32,000 nucleotides of DNA. Source: Microcystis aeruginosa NIES-843 (GTDB taxonomy: Bacteria > Cyanobacteriota > Cyanobacteriia > Cyanobacteriales > Microcystaceae). Where the stretch lies: NCBI RefSeq assembly GCF_000010625.1, contig NC_010296.1, positions 4,500,001 through 4,532,000 of the forward strand, read 5' to 3'. Below, one piece after another: positions 16,839 through 28,393 of this stretch (position 1 is the stretch's first letter; every line of letters begins with the position of its first letter). The position numbers were made by a program, and so were the translations under genes. The notes beneath the pieces were generated by a model. The model ran no database searches. It was not told where the DNA came from and worked only from the letters and a program-made list of their open reading frames with translations.

Positions 16839-16866
16839 ATGACACTTTTATGACACTTTTATTATA
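16839..16866 (-). promoter_or_regulatory. Candidate promoter/operator of the Panacea-like gene: a -10-like TATAAT followed by two tandem 11-nt repeats
   Basis: Minus strand reads TATAAT (RC of 16861-16866), then AAAAGTGTCAT twice (RC of 16850-16860 and 16839-16849). This lies about 27-50 nt upstream of ATG 16812. Confidence 0.35.
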
Positions 16867-16986
16867 GTTATTATTCTACATCGGCCATATTTAAGATTTT
16901 GTCCCAGTGGTTGAGGCTTCTAGCCTGATTTCTGAAAGATGCTGCTATAGGTATGATCGAGTTAAACCTTAGCCCAAGATTCTACC

Positions 16987-17760
16987 ATGGAGATCGAACG
17001 TCTTAACGCCCTTTCCGATAATTATATTTTCCTCCTCTACGATCCGGCGCAAAAAATCGCGGCCGTGGTGGATCCGGCGGAACCTGAACCCGTTTTCAGG
17101 CGATTAGAGGCTTTACAGGTGGATTTAGTCGCTATTTTCAATACCCATCACCACGGCGACCATGTGGGGGCTAATCAGGCTTTAATTAATCGTTATCCCC
17201 ATCTTTGTGTTTATGGGGGAAAGGAGGATCGCGGTCGCATTCCGGGCCAGCAGCTGTTTTTAGAGGAGGGGGATCGGGTGGAATTTGCCGGTCGCTGGGC
17301 CGAGGTTTTCTTTGTCCCCGGCCACACTCGCGCTCATATTGCCTATTATTTTCCCCCGGTTAACCCCGGAGATTACGGCGAGTTATTCTGTGGTGATACC
17401 CTGTTTTCTGGGGGTTGTGGTCGTTTATTTGAGGGAACACCGGGCCAAATGGTGGCTTCTTTAACTAAATTGCGATCGCTTCCCGACCAGACCAGGGTTT
17501 GGTGCGCTCACGAATATACGTTAAATAATTTAAAGTTTGCCTTGACAGTTGACCCTAATAATGCTGCTCTGCAACAGCGTTATCGGGAAGTGGAAAAACA
17601 TCGCGCTGAAGATCTTCCCACGATTCCGGCAATTTTGGGGACGGAAAAGCTGACTAATCCTTTTTTGCGCTGGGATAGTCCCGCTTTGGCCATGACCATG
17701 GATAGCAGCGAACCAGTACAAGTGTTTGCACGGCTGCGGGGGAAAAAAGATAATTTTTAG
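16987..17760 (+). CDS. gloB: Hydroxyacylglutathione hydrolase (glyoxalase II)
   Basis: 257 aa. [11 protein letters not shown], metallo-beta-lactamase motif [24 protein letters not shown], and CAHEYT. Confidence 0.92.
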   Translation: MEIERLNALSDNYIFLLYDPAQKIAAVVDPAEPEPVFRRLEALQVDLVAIFNTHHHGDHVGANQALINRYPHLCVYGGKEDRGRIPGQQLFLEEGDRVEFAGRWAEVFFVPGHTRAHIAYYFPPVNPGDYGELFCGDTLFSGGCGRLFEGTPGQMVASLTKLRSLPDQTRVWCAHEYTLNNLKFALTVDPNNAALQQRYREVEKHRAEDLPTIPAILGTEKLTNPFLRWDSPALAMTMDSSEPVQVFARLRGKKDNF

Positions 17761-17804
17761 CAGTGGCTAAGTAGGGTTTGCTGAAAAAGCTTTTCCTGGG
17801 GGCA

Positions 17805-17836
17805 GGGTGTGGGGTGTGGGGTGTGGGGTGTGGGGT
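17805..17836. repeat. (GGGGTGT)n array
   Basis: Direct reading: gggtgtggggtgtggggtgtggggtgtgggg. Confidence 0.9.
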
Positions 17837-18058
17837 TTTACCAGTTTTGAGGTGGTCAACTACCTAATTTTCAGGGAAAAAGTACCTGAATTTTCCCCCG
17901 ATCCCCGCAATGGCTGGCACTTTTTGAGGGGAAAAAAGTCCAAAAGTCTTATCCAACAAGGTTTTTAGCTTTATTCAGCCAGCCCTAATTAGTCGATGCT
18001 GTCTTTTGAGACTCCGAGCCGCTCCTCAATCAACCTGGAGATATTTCGAGAAATTCTC

Positions 18059-19960
18059 TCAGTCTTCATCGCTGATGATCGGGTAGGGAATCAGTCGTTC
18101 GTAATCTTCTAAACTGGCATCGGAGAGGCAGCAGTCAATAATTGTTTTACCCAGAGGATCGAGATCGGGTTCGAGAAATTGCCGAAGTTGGCCGGCAAAA
18201 AATTCTTTAAGAATCGTAGTCCCCCGGTCAAAGGCCTCATTTCCCACTTCTGGTTGCAGGTTGACACGGAAAAACCAGTTACCGATAGTTTGTCCCTCAA
18301 CCATCATCGAGCGGAAGGTGTAACCGAGCAAGGGACAACGGGAGGGAACAACCTGTTGGCGAGAAAACTTTTCGCCACCCCGACGGGCTAGATATTCCCG
18401 TGCGATCCACTGGGCCATGAATCCCACTTCCCAAGCACCAATATACTGATTGGGACAGAGGGTGTAACGAACTTTGGGGGTGGTGAGAATTTGTTGCAAA
18501 ATCAGATTAGCTTGAATCACTCGCCGTCCGGTGGCAAAGGGCCAGTAAGAGCCAACCCCTTCGGAACTCATCCCCTCCTTCTCGACGATACTGGGATTGG
18601 CATGACCGCGAGGAGCAACTAACCGCCACAACCAAGCCAAGGCGGGGGGGAGAAGATGCAGCAGCCCGATGATGCCGTAACTCGGTCTTTCCTTGGTGCA
18701 AGGAGGAGTGCGCACCCCAAAACTGCGAATATCGACGCTAACTGCCCCGTTAACTACGTTAGGGATGATATCTCTGGGAATGACCACGCGAGGATTGGGG
18801 CAGGGCTTTCCTGGCTCATCCTCGATATGTTGCCAAATCAGAGCGGTACTTTCCGGCCGTGCCTCGATATTGAGAAATAAAAGCGGATGGGGTGGATGAA
18901 TGGTCAGTTCTTCTAAATAGGGATCGGTGCCGTAATGGGTAATGTGATTGAGACGCACAAACCAAGCGTTTTCTGCATCCATTAAAGCCAGTTTGTCTTG
19001 ATTTTTCGGCTGGCGCAGACTGGGGTGGCAGAGAGCCATGTCATCGGTAACAGGACGCAAATCGCAAGTTTTGGGTAAGATTAGGTGGCGTTCATCCCCC
19101 GTGACCAGATTTTTTCCCAATAAGAGACTCCCATCGGGGCGGCGATGAGCCGGTTCTAGCATTTCACTTTTCCCCCCACCACTTGCCCCCTCATGCATAA
19201 AGGTGACTTTGTTATCGTAGGGGGTGATCACTTGAACGGTAGAAGCATGGGCTGTCACCCAGTTTTCCTGCTCTCCCATGGCTAACAGCACGCCATAGAT
19301 TCCTTTTTTGGCAGAAGGACCGGGATAAAGATTGTAGCTGAATAGCTCGTGCAACCCTGGACGGCGGTTATGGACAACCACCTGCTTGCCTTGAAACACC
19401 TGATGGCGAAACGGCGGCGCCACATAGAGAACCGCCCCGGGTAAAAAGTCAGAACCGATTTCACTAGGATCGTCGATGCCTTGGAGTAGAGAAAGCCCTA
19501 ATGCGAAGAAACCGGCGTTAGCGGGGGCGACAACCACAACATCCGGGCCTTTTCCCTTGACTCCGGCTACAAAGGTAAAAAGTGCTAATTCTTGAGTTTT
19601 TAACCACGCGAAGGTCTGTTGTCTTAGTTCTTCAAACTCAAAACCAAAACGAGACTTAAAAGTCGGTTTATTAGTTGGCAAATCGTCGCCAATGACCATA
19701 CAATCGGGATCGCGCCGCCGCATATACGGTTCCGTATAATTAGCACTAATGCCATTGCGAACCCGACACACTAAGGCTTCCACCACTTTACCTCGGTTGG
19801 GGATGTCATAGGCGACTTCATGATAGCCGTTTTTGGCATCTTTAACGGCTAATTCAATTAGTTGTTCGACATCTGCAGCCAGGGTGAAATTCGGGCATGA
19901 TTGCAGAATATCTGTTAATTCTGACGGTAACGAGAAATCGGGAAGGGGATTAACTACCAT
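18059..19960 (-). CDS. Conserved hypothetical P-loop protein (PEPCK/HprK-like GxxGxGKS motif; possibly DUF4914 family)
   Basis: 633-aa ORF with HEGASGGGKSEMLE (Walker-A-like). No other motif is recognised. The DUF4914 assignment is from memory and unverified. Confidence 0.6.
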   Translation of the reverse strand: MVVNPLPDFSLPSELTDILQSCPNFTLAADVEQLIELAVKDAKNGYHEVAYDIPNRGKVVEALVCRVRNGISANYTEPYMRRRDPDCMVIGDDLPTNKPTFKSRFGFEFEELRQQTFAWLKTQELALFTFVAGVKGKGPDVVVVAPANAGFFALGLSLLQGIDDPSEIGSDFLPGAVLYVAPPFRHQVFQGKQVVVHNRRPGLHELFSYNLYPGPSAKKGIYGVLLAMGEQENWVTAHASTVQVITPYDNKVTFMHEGASGGGKSEMLEPAHRRPDGSLLLGKNLVTGDERHLILPKTCDLRPVTDDMALCHPSLRQPKNQDKLALMDAENAWFVRLNHITHYGTDPYLEELTIHPPHPLLFLNIEARPESTALIWQHIEDEPGKPCPNPRVVIPRDIIPNVVNGAVSVDIRSFGVRTPPCTKERPSYGIIGLLHLLPPALAWLWRLVAPRGHANPSIVEKEGMSSEGVGSYWPFATGRRVIQANLILQQILTTPKVRYTLCPNQYIGAWEVGFMAQWIAREYLARRGGEKFSRQQVVPSRCPLLGYTFRSMMVEGQTIGNWFFRVNLQPEVGNEAFDRGTTILKEFFAGQLRQFLEPDLDPLGKTIIDCCLSDASLEDYERLIPYPIISDED

Positions 19961-20074
19961 GTTCCCTCCTCAGGATGAGGCTGTAAGTATTATTACTTAA
20001 TATAGCTTTCCGTCGAGCAACTTAGATTAATCGTTGATAAAAATCAATATTAGACCCGCCGCAAAAGACCTGTC

Positions 20075-20134
20075 ATACTAAATCCGTTGAGTATAGGCTA
20101 CTGATGAAGACAGGCAATAGGCAATAGGCAAGGG
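20075..20134. mobile_element. MITE-B, truncated/variant copy (left half only)
   Basis: ATACTAAATCCGTTGAGTATAGGCTAC matches 28392-28418. A (GGCAATA)n tract replaces the (GGCAACA)n tract. The right TIR is absent. Confidence 0.6.
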
Positions 20135-20162
20135 GTAGGGTTGATTCATGAATCAACCCTAC
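20135..20162. repeat. Perfect 28-nt palindrome
   Basis: GTAGGGTTGATTCATGAATCAACCCTAC. It lies between the adhE stop (20198) and the start of the downstream P-loop gene (19960). Confidence 0.9.
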
Positions 20163-20197
20163 TAGGGGGTAGGGGGGATCAAAGGCAAAATCTATCT

Positions 20198-22864
20198 CTA
20201 CAAGCTCAAGGGTTGCGGATCTAACTTCAAATCGGCAAGACTGACATCACCGTGACCATTTACCGCCACCTCTAGGGGCAAATTGCCGTGATAAGCTTGG
20301 ATTAACAGGGTTTTTAAGTCCTCGATCAGGGGATAACGGGGATTGGCTCCGGTACACTGATCATCGAAAGCTTGTTCGGCTAAATGGTCTAATTTGGCCA
20401 TAAATTCGGCTTCAGTTTCGGGAATTACCTCTTTGATACTGGCCGGAATACCGATTTCCCGTTTTAAACATTCGATCGCTAATACCAATCTTTCCACACT
20501 TTCGGTCTCGCTTTCTCCTCCCAATCCCAAGGAATGAGCGATCCTGGCATAGCGCCACTTCACGTTAGGATATTTGTACTGAGAGAAGGTAGCCTGTTTA
20601 AAGGGGGCATCGGTGGCATTATAGAGGATGACGTGGGAAATCATCAAGGCATTGGCCAGACCGTGGGGAATGTGGAAAATGGCCCCCAATTGGTGGGCCA
20701 TGGAGTGACAGATGCCTAAAAAGCCATTAGCGAAGGCCATTCCGGCCATTGTCGCCGCATAATGGACTTTTTCCCGCGCTTTCGGGTCTTTAGCTCCGTT
20801 ATGATAGGAACTGGGCAAGTATTTAAACAGCAGTCGGATGGCATCTTGAGCAAGAGCATTGGTGTACTCTGAGGCTAAAACCGAGACGTAGGCCTCAAGA
20901 GCGTGAGTTAAAGCGTCAATTCCGCCGTAGGCTGTTAATTTTTTCGGCATATTTAGCACTAATTCCGGATCGACAATTGCCATGCTGGGAGTTAGGGCAT
21001 AATCTGCCAGAGGATACTTAATATTATTACGGCGATCGGTCACGACGGCGAAGGGAGTCACTTCTGATCCTGTTCCCGAAGTGGTGGGAATACAAACCAT
21101 CAGAGCTTTTTCGCCTAAAGGGGGCAATTCATAGACTCGTTTGCGGATATCCATAAAACGCATGGCCAAGCTCTCGAATTCTATCTCTGGATGCTCGTAG
21201 AGTAGCCACATAATTTTAGCGGCATCCATGGGGGAACCGCCACCGATAGCGATAATTACATCGGGATTGAAGGTATTAATGACATTTAACCCCCGTTCGA
21301 CGGTTTCTAGGGAAGGATCGGGTTCCACATCATAAAAGATATTAATCGTGATGCCGATTTCTTCTAAAACTTCCTCTAAAGGTGCGGTAACTCCTAGGTC
21401 AAAAAGAGGTTTATCGGTGACAATAAAGGCCCGTTTTTTGCCGGCTAATTCCCGAATAGCGACGGGTAATGCCCCGTATTTAAAATATACTTTTGGTGGT
21501 ACTCGGAACCAAAGCATATTTTCCCGGCGCTCGGCCACGGTTTTAATATTTAATAGGTGGGTAGGTTCGACGTTTTCGCTGATGGAATTACCGCCCCAAG
21601 TGCCACAACCGAGGGTTAAACTAGGATCGAGACGGAAGTTATAGATATCACCAATTGCACCCTGGGAGGAAGGGGTATTAATTAATACCCGGGCTGTTTC
21701 TACGTTGTCTTCAAAGCGTTTAATATGTTCCCGATTTGAGGGTGCGGTATAAAGCACGGCCGTATGACCTCGACCGGCAAATAAGACCAGTTTTTCGGCT
21801 TTTTTCACCCCATCTTCAAAGTCTTTCGCTCGGTACATAGCTAAAATTGGCGAGAGTTTTTCGTAGGAAAATGGTTCCTCTAAGCCAATATTTTCTACTT
21901 CTCCGATTAGTAACCTGGTATCTTCTGGAACAGAAATTTCCGCTATGGCGGCTAATTTTTCCACTGGTTGCCCGACGATATCGGGGTTGATATGACCATC
22001 TTTTAGGAGAATCTCGGCGACTTTTTCCCTTTCTTCGGGGGAAAGAAGATAGGCCCCGCGATCAATAAATTCCTGTCGAACTTCTTCATAGATGCTATCG
22101 ACAACGATTACCGATTGTTCGGAGGCGCAAATCATGCCGTTATCGAAGGTTTTACTGAGAATAATCGAGGAAACGGCCATTTTTATGTGAGCGGTTTCGT
22201 CAATTAAAGCGGGGGTATTGCCGGCACCGACTCCTAAGGAAGGTCTTCCCGAAGAATAGGCCGCTTTTACCATACCGGGACCGCCGGTAGCAAGGATTAA
22301 ATTAATGCTGGGATGTTGCATTAATGCTTGGGAAAGTTCCACCGATGGCTGATCGATCCAACCAATAATACCGGCCGGCGCACCCGCTTTCACGGCCGCT
22401 TCCAAGACAATTTTGGCCGCCGCGATGGTGCAGTCTTTCGCTCGCGGATGGGGGGAAAAAATGATGCCGTTGCGGGTTTTCAGGGCAATTAGGGCTTTAA
22501 AAATGGCTGTGGCGGTGGGATTTGTGGTGGGTACGATCCCCGCTAAAATGCCCACGGGTTCGGCGATTTTTTGCAGACCAAAGGATTTATCTTCTTCGAT
22601 AATGCCGCAGGTTTTGCTGTGTTTATACTTGTTGTAGATGATTTCTGAGGCAAAATGGTTTTTAATCACTTTATCCTCTATTACCCCCATCCCTGTCTCT
22701 TGTACGGCCATTTTAGCCAGGGGAATGCGAGCGTTGTTAGCTGCTAATGCCGCTTTTTTGAAGATAAGATCTACTTGTTCTTGGCTATAGTTGGCAAATT
22801 GTTGTTGAGCTTTTTTTACTTGTTGAATGAGTTCTTCTAGCTCTTGTCTATTGGTAACTGTCAT
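20198..22864 (-). CDS. adhE: Bifunctional acetaldehyde-CoA / alcohol dehydrogenase
   Basis: N-terminal aldehyde dehydrogenase domain (MTVTNRQELEELIQQVKKAQ..., ..NGMICASEQS..) plus C-terminal iron-type ADH domain (GGGSPMDAAK, HSMAHQLG). ATG 22864 is preferred over the track start at 22891. Confidence 0.95.
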   Translation of the reverse strand: MTVTNRQELEELIQQVKKAQQQFANYSQEQVDLIFKKAALAANNARIPLAKMAVQETGMGVIEDKVIKNHFASEIIYNKYKHSKTCGIIEEDKSFGLQKIAEPVGILAGIVPTTNPTATAIFKALIALKTRNGIIFSPHPRAKDCTIAAAKIVLEAAVKAGAPAGIIGWIDQPSVELSQALMQHPSINLILATGGPGMVKAAYSSGRPSLGVGAGNTPALIDETAHIKMAVSSIILSKTFDNGMICASEQSVIVVDSIYEEVRQEFIDRGAYLLSPEEREKVAEILLKDGHINPDIVGQPVEKLAAIAEISVPEDTRLLIGEVENIGLEEPFSYEKLSPILAMYRAKDFEDGVKKAEKLVLFAGRGHTAVLYTAPSNREHIKRFEDNVETARVLINTPSSQGAIGDIYNFRLDPSLTLGCGTWGGNSISENVEPTHLLNIKTVAERRENMLWFRVPPKVYFKYGALPVAIRELAGKKRAFIVTDKPLFDLGVTAPLEEVLEEIGITINIFYDVEPDPSLETVERGLNVINTFNPDVIIAIGGGSPMDAAKIMWLLYEHPEIEFESLAMRFMDIRKRVYELPPLGEKALMVCIPTTSGTGSEVTPFAVVTDRRNNIKYPLADYALTPSMAIVDPELVLNMPKKLTAYGGIDALTHALEAYVSVLASEYTNALAQDAIRLLFKYLPSSYHNGAKDPKAREKVHYAATMAGMAFANGFLGICHSMAHQLGAIFHIPHGLANALMISHVILYNATDAPFKQATFSQYKYPNVKWRYARIAHSLGLGGESETESVERLVLAIECLKREIGIPASIKEVIPETEAEFMAKLDHLAEQAFDDQCTGANPRYPLIEDLKTLLIQAYHGNLPLEVAVNGHGDVSLADLKLDPQPLSL

Positions 22865-22976
22865 AACAATTTTGTCGAAAAAATTAGGCATTTTATTCTA
22901 CTCTAGCGTTTTTCGGCAGGGGATTCGCTTAATCTTGGGATTTTCTTTATAGTTTCCTAAGCATTGGTATTATAGG

Positions 22977-23091
22977 ATACTAATCCTAAATCCATTGAGC
23001 ATAGGTTACATATCAGGACAGGCACTCATGCAAGAGGCACTCATGCAAAGGGGAGAATAAATAATCAGTTTTTAATAACTGGATTTAGTAT
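22977..23091. mobile_element. MITE-B copy (115 bp)
   Basis: ATACTA(ATCCT)AAATCC...CAGGACAGGCACTCATGCAAGAGGCACTCATGCAAAGGGGAGAATAAATAATCAGTTTTTAATAACTGGATTTAGTAT. The termini are inverted (ATACTAAATC / GATTTAGTAT). It is collinear with 28392-28491 apart from the internal tandem unit. Confidence 0.75.
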
Positions 23092-23517
23092 AAATTAGGA
23101 TTGACCAGTACCTAGAAAAAGTTTGAGGACAGAGACTCAATGATCAAGTTACCAGAAATTCAAGCTGGTGTTCGAGAAGCTGGTTCTATTCCGCACTCCT
23201 TGAGTGAAAAGTTTAAAGTTGATCACAGCTTGGCAACGGATTCAGGGTGAGATTCAACATCAAACTAGGATATCTCTAAACTCTAGAAAATCAATATCTT
23301 CAGAGCCACCGAATCAAAGAGAATTAAATCAGTCAATTTTGATGATACTTTGAATGATTAATCTAAACCCAGTTTCTTGGCGAAATTTTTCCATCCTCTC
23401 TGTTTGTGAAGTCTGAAAGGTAGGCTTTTTGTTATTGGCAATGTAGGCTTTTCTAGATGAATAATCCTCTATACCATGATTTTCAATAAATACCCGAATT
23501 GTGTTTCTTAGTTGCTT

Positions 23518-23838
23518 TTATCCGTCTCCTACCCACCCCGAATTTTTCCCCTTTCGTTCTTTTAATTCTACAAAAATCAAACAATTGGCATAGGTCAGCA
23601 TTCCATCACAGCGTTTATCCATACCACTACCATCGACTTTTCTAATTTCAATACATTTATCAATAGCGGTAAATGTCACTTCAATTTCTTGAGAGTTTTC
23701 CACAATAGCAATCCAATCCCTGGGATTTTCTGTATCTAAATAAGCGGGAGTTTCTGGGGGAGGTGGCCGATCACAAATTCCAAATTTATGCCGATGGGTT
23801 TGACTCTGACATTTTTTATCAAAGAAATTGATCTTCAT
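23518..23838 (-). CDS. Small PD-(D/E)xK-like putative nuclease, partner of the upstream ATPase; it ends at a TAA that is followed by 62 more in-frame sense codons (to 23329)
   Basis: 106 aa. CQSQTHRHKFGIC is a possible Zn knuckle. RCDGMLTYANCLIFVELKERK has D-x12-E-x-K spacing. ATGA overlap with the ATPase stop. The open continuation is KQLRNTIRVFIENHGIEDYSSRKAYIANNKKPTFQTSQTERMEKFRQETGFRLIIQSIIKID*. Confidence 0.6.
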   Translation of the reverse strand: MKINFFDKKCQSQTHRHKFGICDRPPPPETPAYLDTENPRDWIAIVENSQEIEVTFTAIDKCIEIRKVDGSGMDKRCDGMLTYANCLIFVELKERKGKNSGWVGDG

Positions 23839-25073
23839 AACTGTTCTTCGATTTCCAGTAAATCATCAAAAAGCTGATTTGTCTCTCCTAGGGAAAGATT
23901 GAGATAATTTTCATCAGAAGGTAAACCCTTATATGTAGCAAGTTCTCGGATTTCTCCTTGCTCTGTTAATTCATATACAATAGCATCTTCTGCCCCTATA
24001 CAAGAGGCTTTCGGGACAATTTGGTTGAGCTTTTCTTGGAGATAATCGGCGTTAGAAATCGCTGATGATAGGATTTTTTTGATAACTTTATCTGCTTTGA
24101 TAGCTAGGGTTAGATCGTTGATAATATAAGGACTATGAGTAGTTAAAATGAGTTTATTTCCTTGAGTTAAATTGACAAATTCAAATAATTTATATAAAAT
24201 CTTTTTCTGAGATTGGGGAAATAGATTCTGCTCGATTTCTTCCACAATATTTACAAAACACTCATTGCGGTATTTAGAAGATAACACTTCTAGTGCTGCC
24301 TTTTTTAGGTCATCGGAAAGATTATCATTAGAGATAATTTTCTCGATTTCCATTTTTAATCTTTTTTGCTCCTCTCCACTGAGTTCATTGCCGGAAGTTT
24401 CTTGAGTTCGATTAATCGATAAAGCAATATTTCGAGAAACGAGAAATAAAGGAACAAAAGACTGAAAACCACTGGAAGCTTCTGATAGATTTAGTTTATA
24501 ATCACTACCCACAATCTTGGCCAGTCTATTGAGTTTATCAAATTTCAATTTAACCTCACCTACTGGCAAAGTCAAACTGCCAGATAATTCCTGTTGTGAG
24601 CGATCCAATTCTTCCCAGAAAGTATATAATGATTCTGGCAGTCCTTTGAGTTTTTCTGGCCATCTTACTGCACTCAAAAAGTTTCGCTCTGCTGGTACAT
24701 ACATAATTTTTGGTACTCGATACTTTGAATTATCAGTACGCTCGATCGATAATTTAGCATTTTCAAAACTAATTCGATAAACATCTCCATTGTATTCAAT
24801 TTGGGTTTCGGGTAAAAAGTAATTGGTTAAATTTTGGTATTGACAAAAAGATTTAACAAAACGATTATATTTAGTCACATATTTTTCCTCTAAATCTCCA
24901 CGATATAGAGCTTTTTCCAACCAGCTTAATGTTGATATTAATTTAGCAATGCTACTTTTTCCAGTTCCTTGATTACCGATAAAAATCGTTACTTTCCGAA
25001 CGTCGATAAAACCATCATTTTCTAGTAAACCCGCCTTAATTGGACCGAAGTTTTTAACTTTAATTTGGCTCAT
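23835..25073 (-). CDS. ABC/SMC-like ATPase of the AAA_15/AAA_21 type
   Basis: Start moved to ATG 25073 (SD AAGGGGG; MSQIKVKNFGPIK). Walker A is GNQGTGKSS. ABC-signature-like LSEASSGFQS. Walker B-like CFVNIVEEIEQNLFP. H-loop is LILTTHSPY. The track's 24-aa N-terminal extension runs through the apcE terminator. Confidence 0.8.
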   Translation of the reverse strand: MSQIKVKNFGPIKAGLLENDGFIDVRKVTIFIGNQGTGKSSIAKLISTLSWLEKALYRGDLEEKYVTKYNRFVKSFCQYQNLTNYFLPETQIEYNGDVYRISFENAKLSIERTDNSKYRVPKIMYVPAERNFLSAVRWPEKLKGLPESLYTFWEELDRSQQELSGSLTLPVGEVKLKFDKLNRLAKIVGSDYKLNLSEASSGFQSFVPLFLVSRNIALSINRTQETSGNELSGEEQKRLKMEIEKIISNDNLSDDLKKAALEVLSSKYRNECFVNIVEEIEQNLFPQSQKKILYKLFEFVNLTQGNKLILTTHSPYIINDLTLAIKADKVIKKILSSAISNADYLQEKLNQIVPKASCIGAEDAIVYELTEQGEIRELATYKGLPSDENYLNLSLGETNQLFDDLLEIEEQL

Positions 25074-25123
25074 TGTTACCCCCTTGATTGACGATGATAA
25101 ATTTTGGCCAGTAATTTGTCCTG

Positions 25124-25150
25124 AAAAAAAGCTCGTGTTGAACACGAGCT
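25124..25150 (-). terminator. Intrinsic terminator of apcE
   Basis: Minus strand shows a perfect 9-bp stem, AGCTCGTGT / ACACGAGCT, with a 3-nt loop, followed by TTTTTTT. It lies 25 nt after the apcE stop. Confidence 0.85.
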
Positions 25151-25174
25151 AAATTAACTAACTTCAAGGACTAA

Positions 25175-27886
<2,712 letters not shown>

Positions 27887-28054
27887 TTAACTATCTCCCT
27901 TGACGATGTGCTGAGTTCTCCAATCGTGGAGGCGATCGGTCTTAAAACCAGATGTTTAAAAATTTAATCAGCATCTAGATTAAAACTTTTTGCGCTTCCT
28001 GAGATAGTTTATTAAGAATTATATAGATTTTTTTCGCTAAACTTACCGATCGGT

Positions 28055-28393
28055 CTATTCCGACACCCCACCTGTATGGGAGGCTAACCAGTCTAAATAG
28101 GTCTGAGAACCCGCCACAATCGGTAAAGCGATGATTTCTGGGACGGCATAGGTATGAAGTTCCTGTATCTTCGCCGATAACTGCTCAAACTGCTTTAAAT
28201 CGCTTTTAATCGCTAATTGCCATTCGCGCTCGTTTTCAATCTGTCCCTGCCAACGATAAATGGAACGAATCGGGTAAATACTGACACAAGCTGCCAAGCG
28301 CTCGTTAAGTAAGGCGATCGCTAAGTTTTCCGCTTCCGTTTCGCTGGTTGTTGTCACCAGCACCACTCCAAAACCGGTTAATCTTTCAGTCAT
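28055..28393 (-). CDS. cutA: Divalent-cation tolerance protein CutA
   Basis: 112 aa. VVLVTTTSETEAENLAIALLNERLAACVSIYPIRSIYRWQGQIENEREWQLAIKS matches the CutA1 fold pattern. Confidence 0.88.
   Translation of the reverse strand: MTERLTGFGVVLVTTTSETEAENLAIALLNERLAACVSIYPIRSIYRWQGQIENEREWQLAIKSDLKQFEQLSAKIQELHTYAVPEIIALPIVAGSQTYLDWLASHTGGVSE

Noticed and set aside
23140-23250. 36-aa plus-strand ORF (MIKLPEIQAGVREAGSIPHSLSEKFKVDHSLATDSG)
   Set aside because: It is too short, has no RBS, and has no recognisable family. It may be a gene fragment, but I cannot support it.
25074-25145. 24-aa N-terminal extension of the ATPase ORF (MFNTSFFSGQITGQNLSSSIKGVT)
   Set aside because: It runs through the apcE intrinsic terminator hairpin and T-run. 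ATG 25073 has a good SD and starts the conserved MSQIKVKNFGPIK segment.
28018-28023. TATAAT-like box on the minus strand about 140 nt upstream of apcE, as its promoter
   Set aside because: A single hexamer in an AT-rich spacer, with no identifiable -35 and no transcript data, is too weak to list as a feature.
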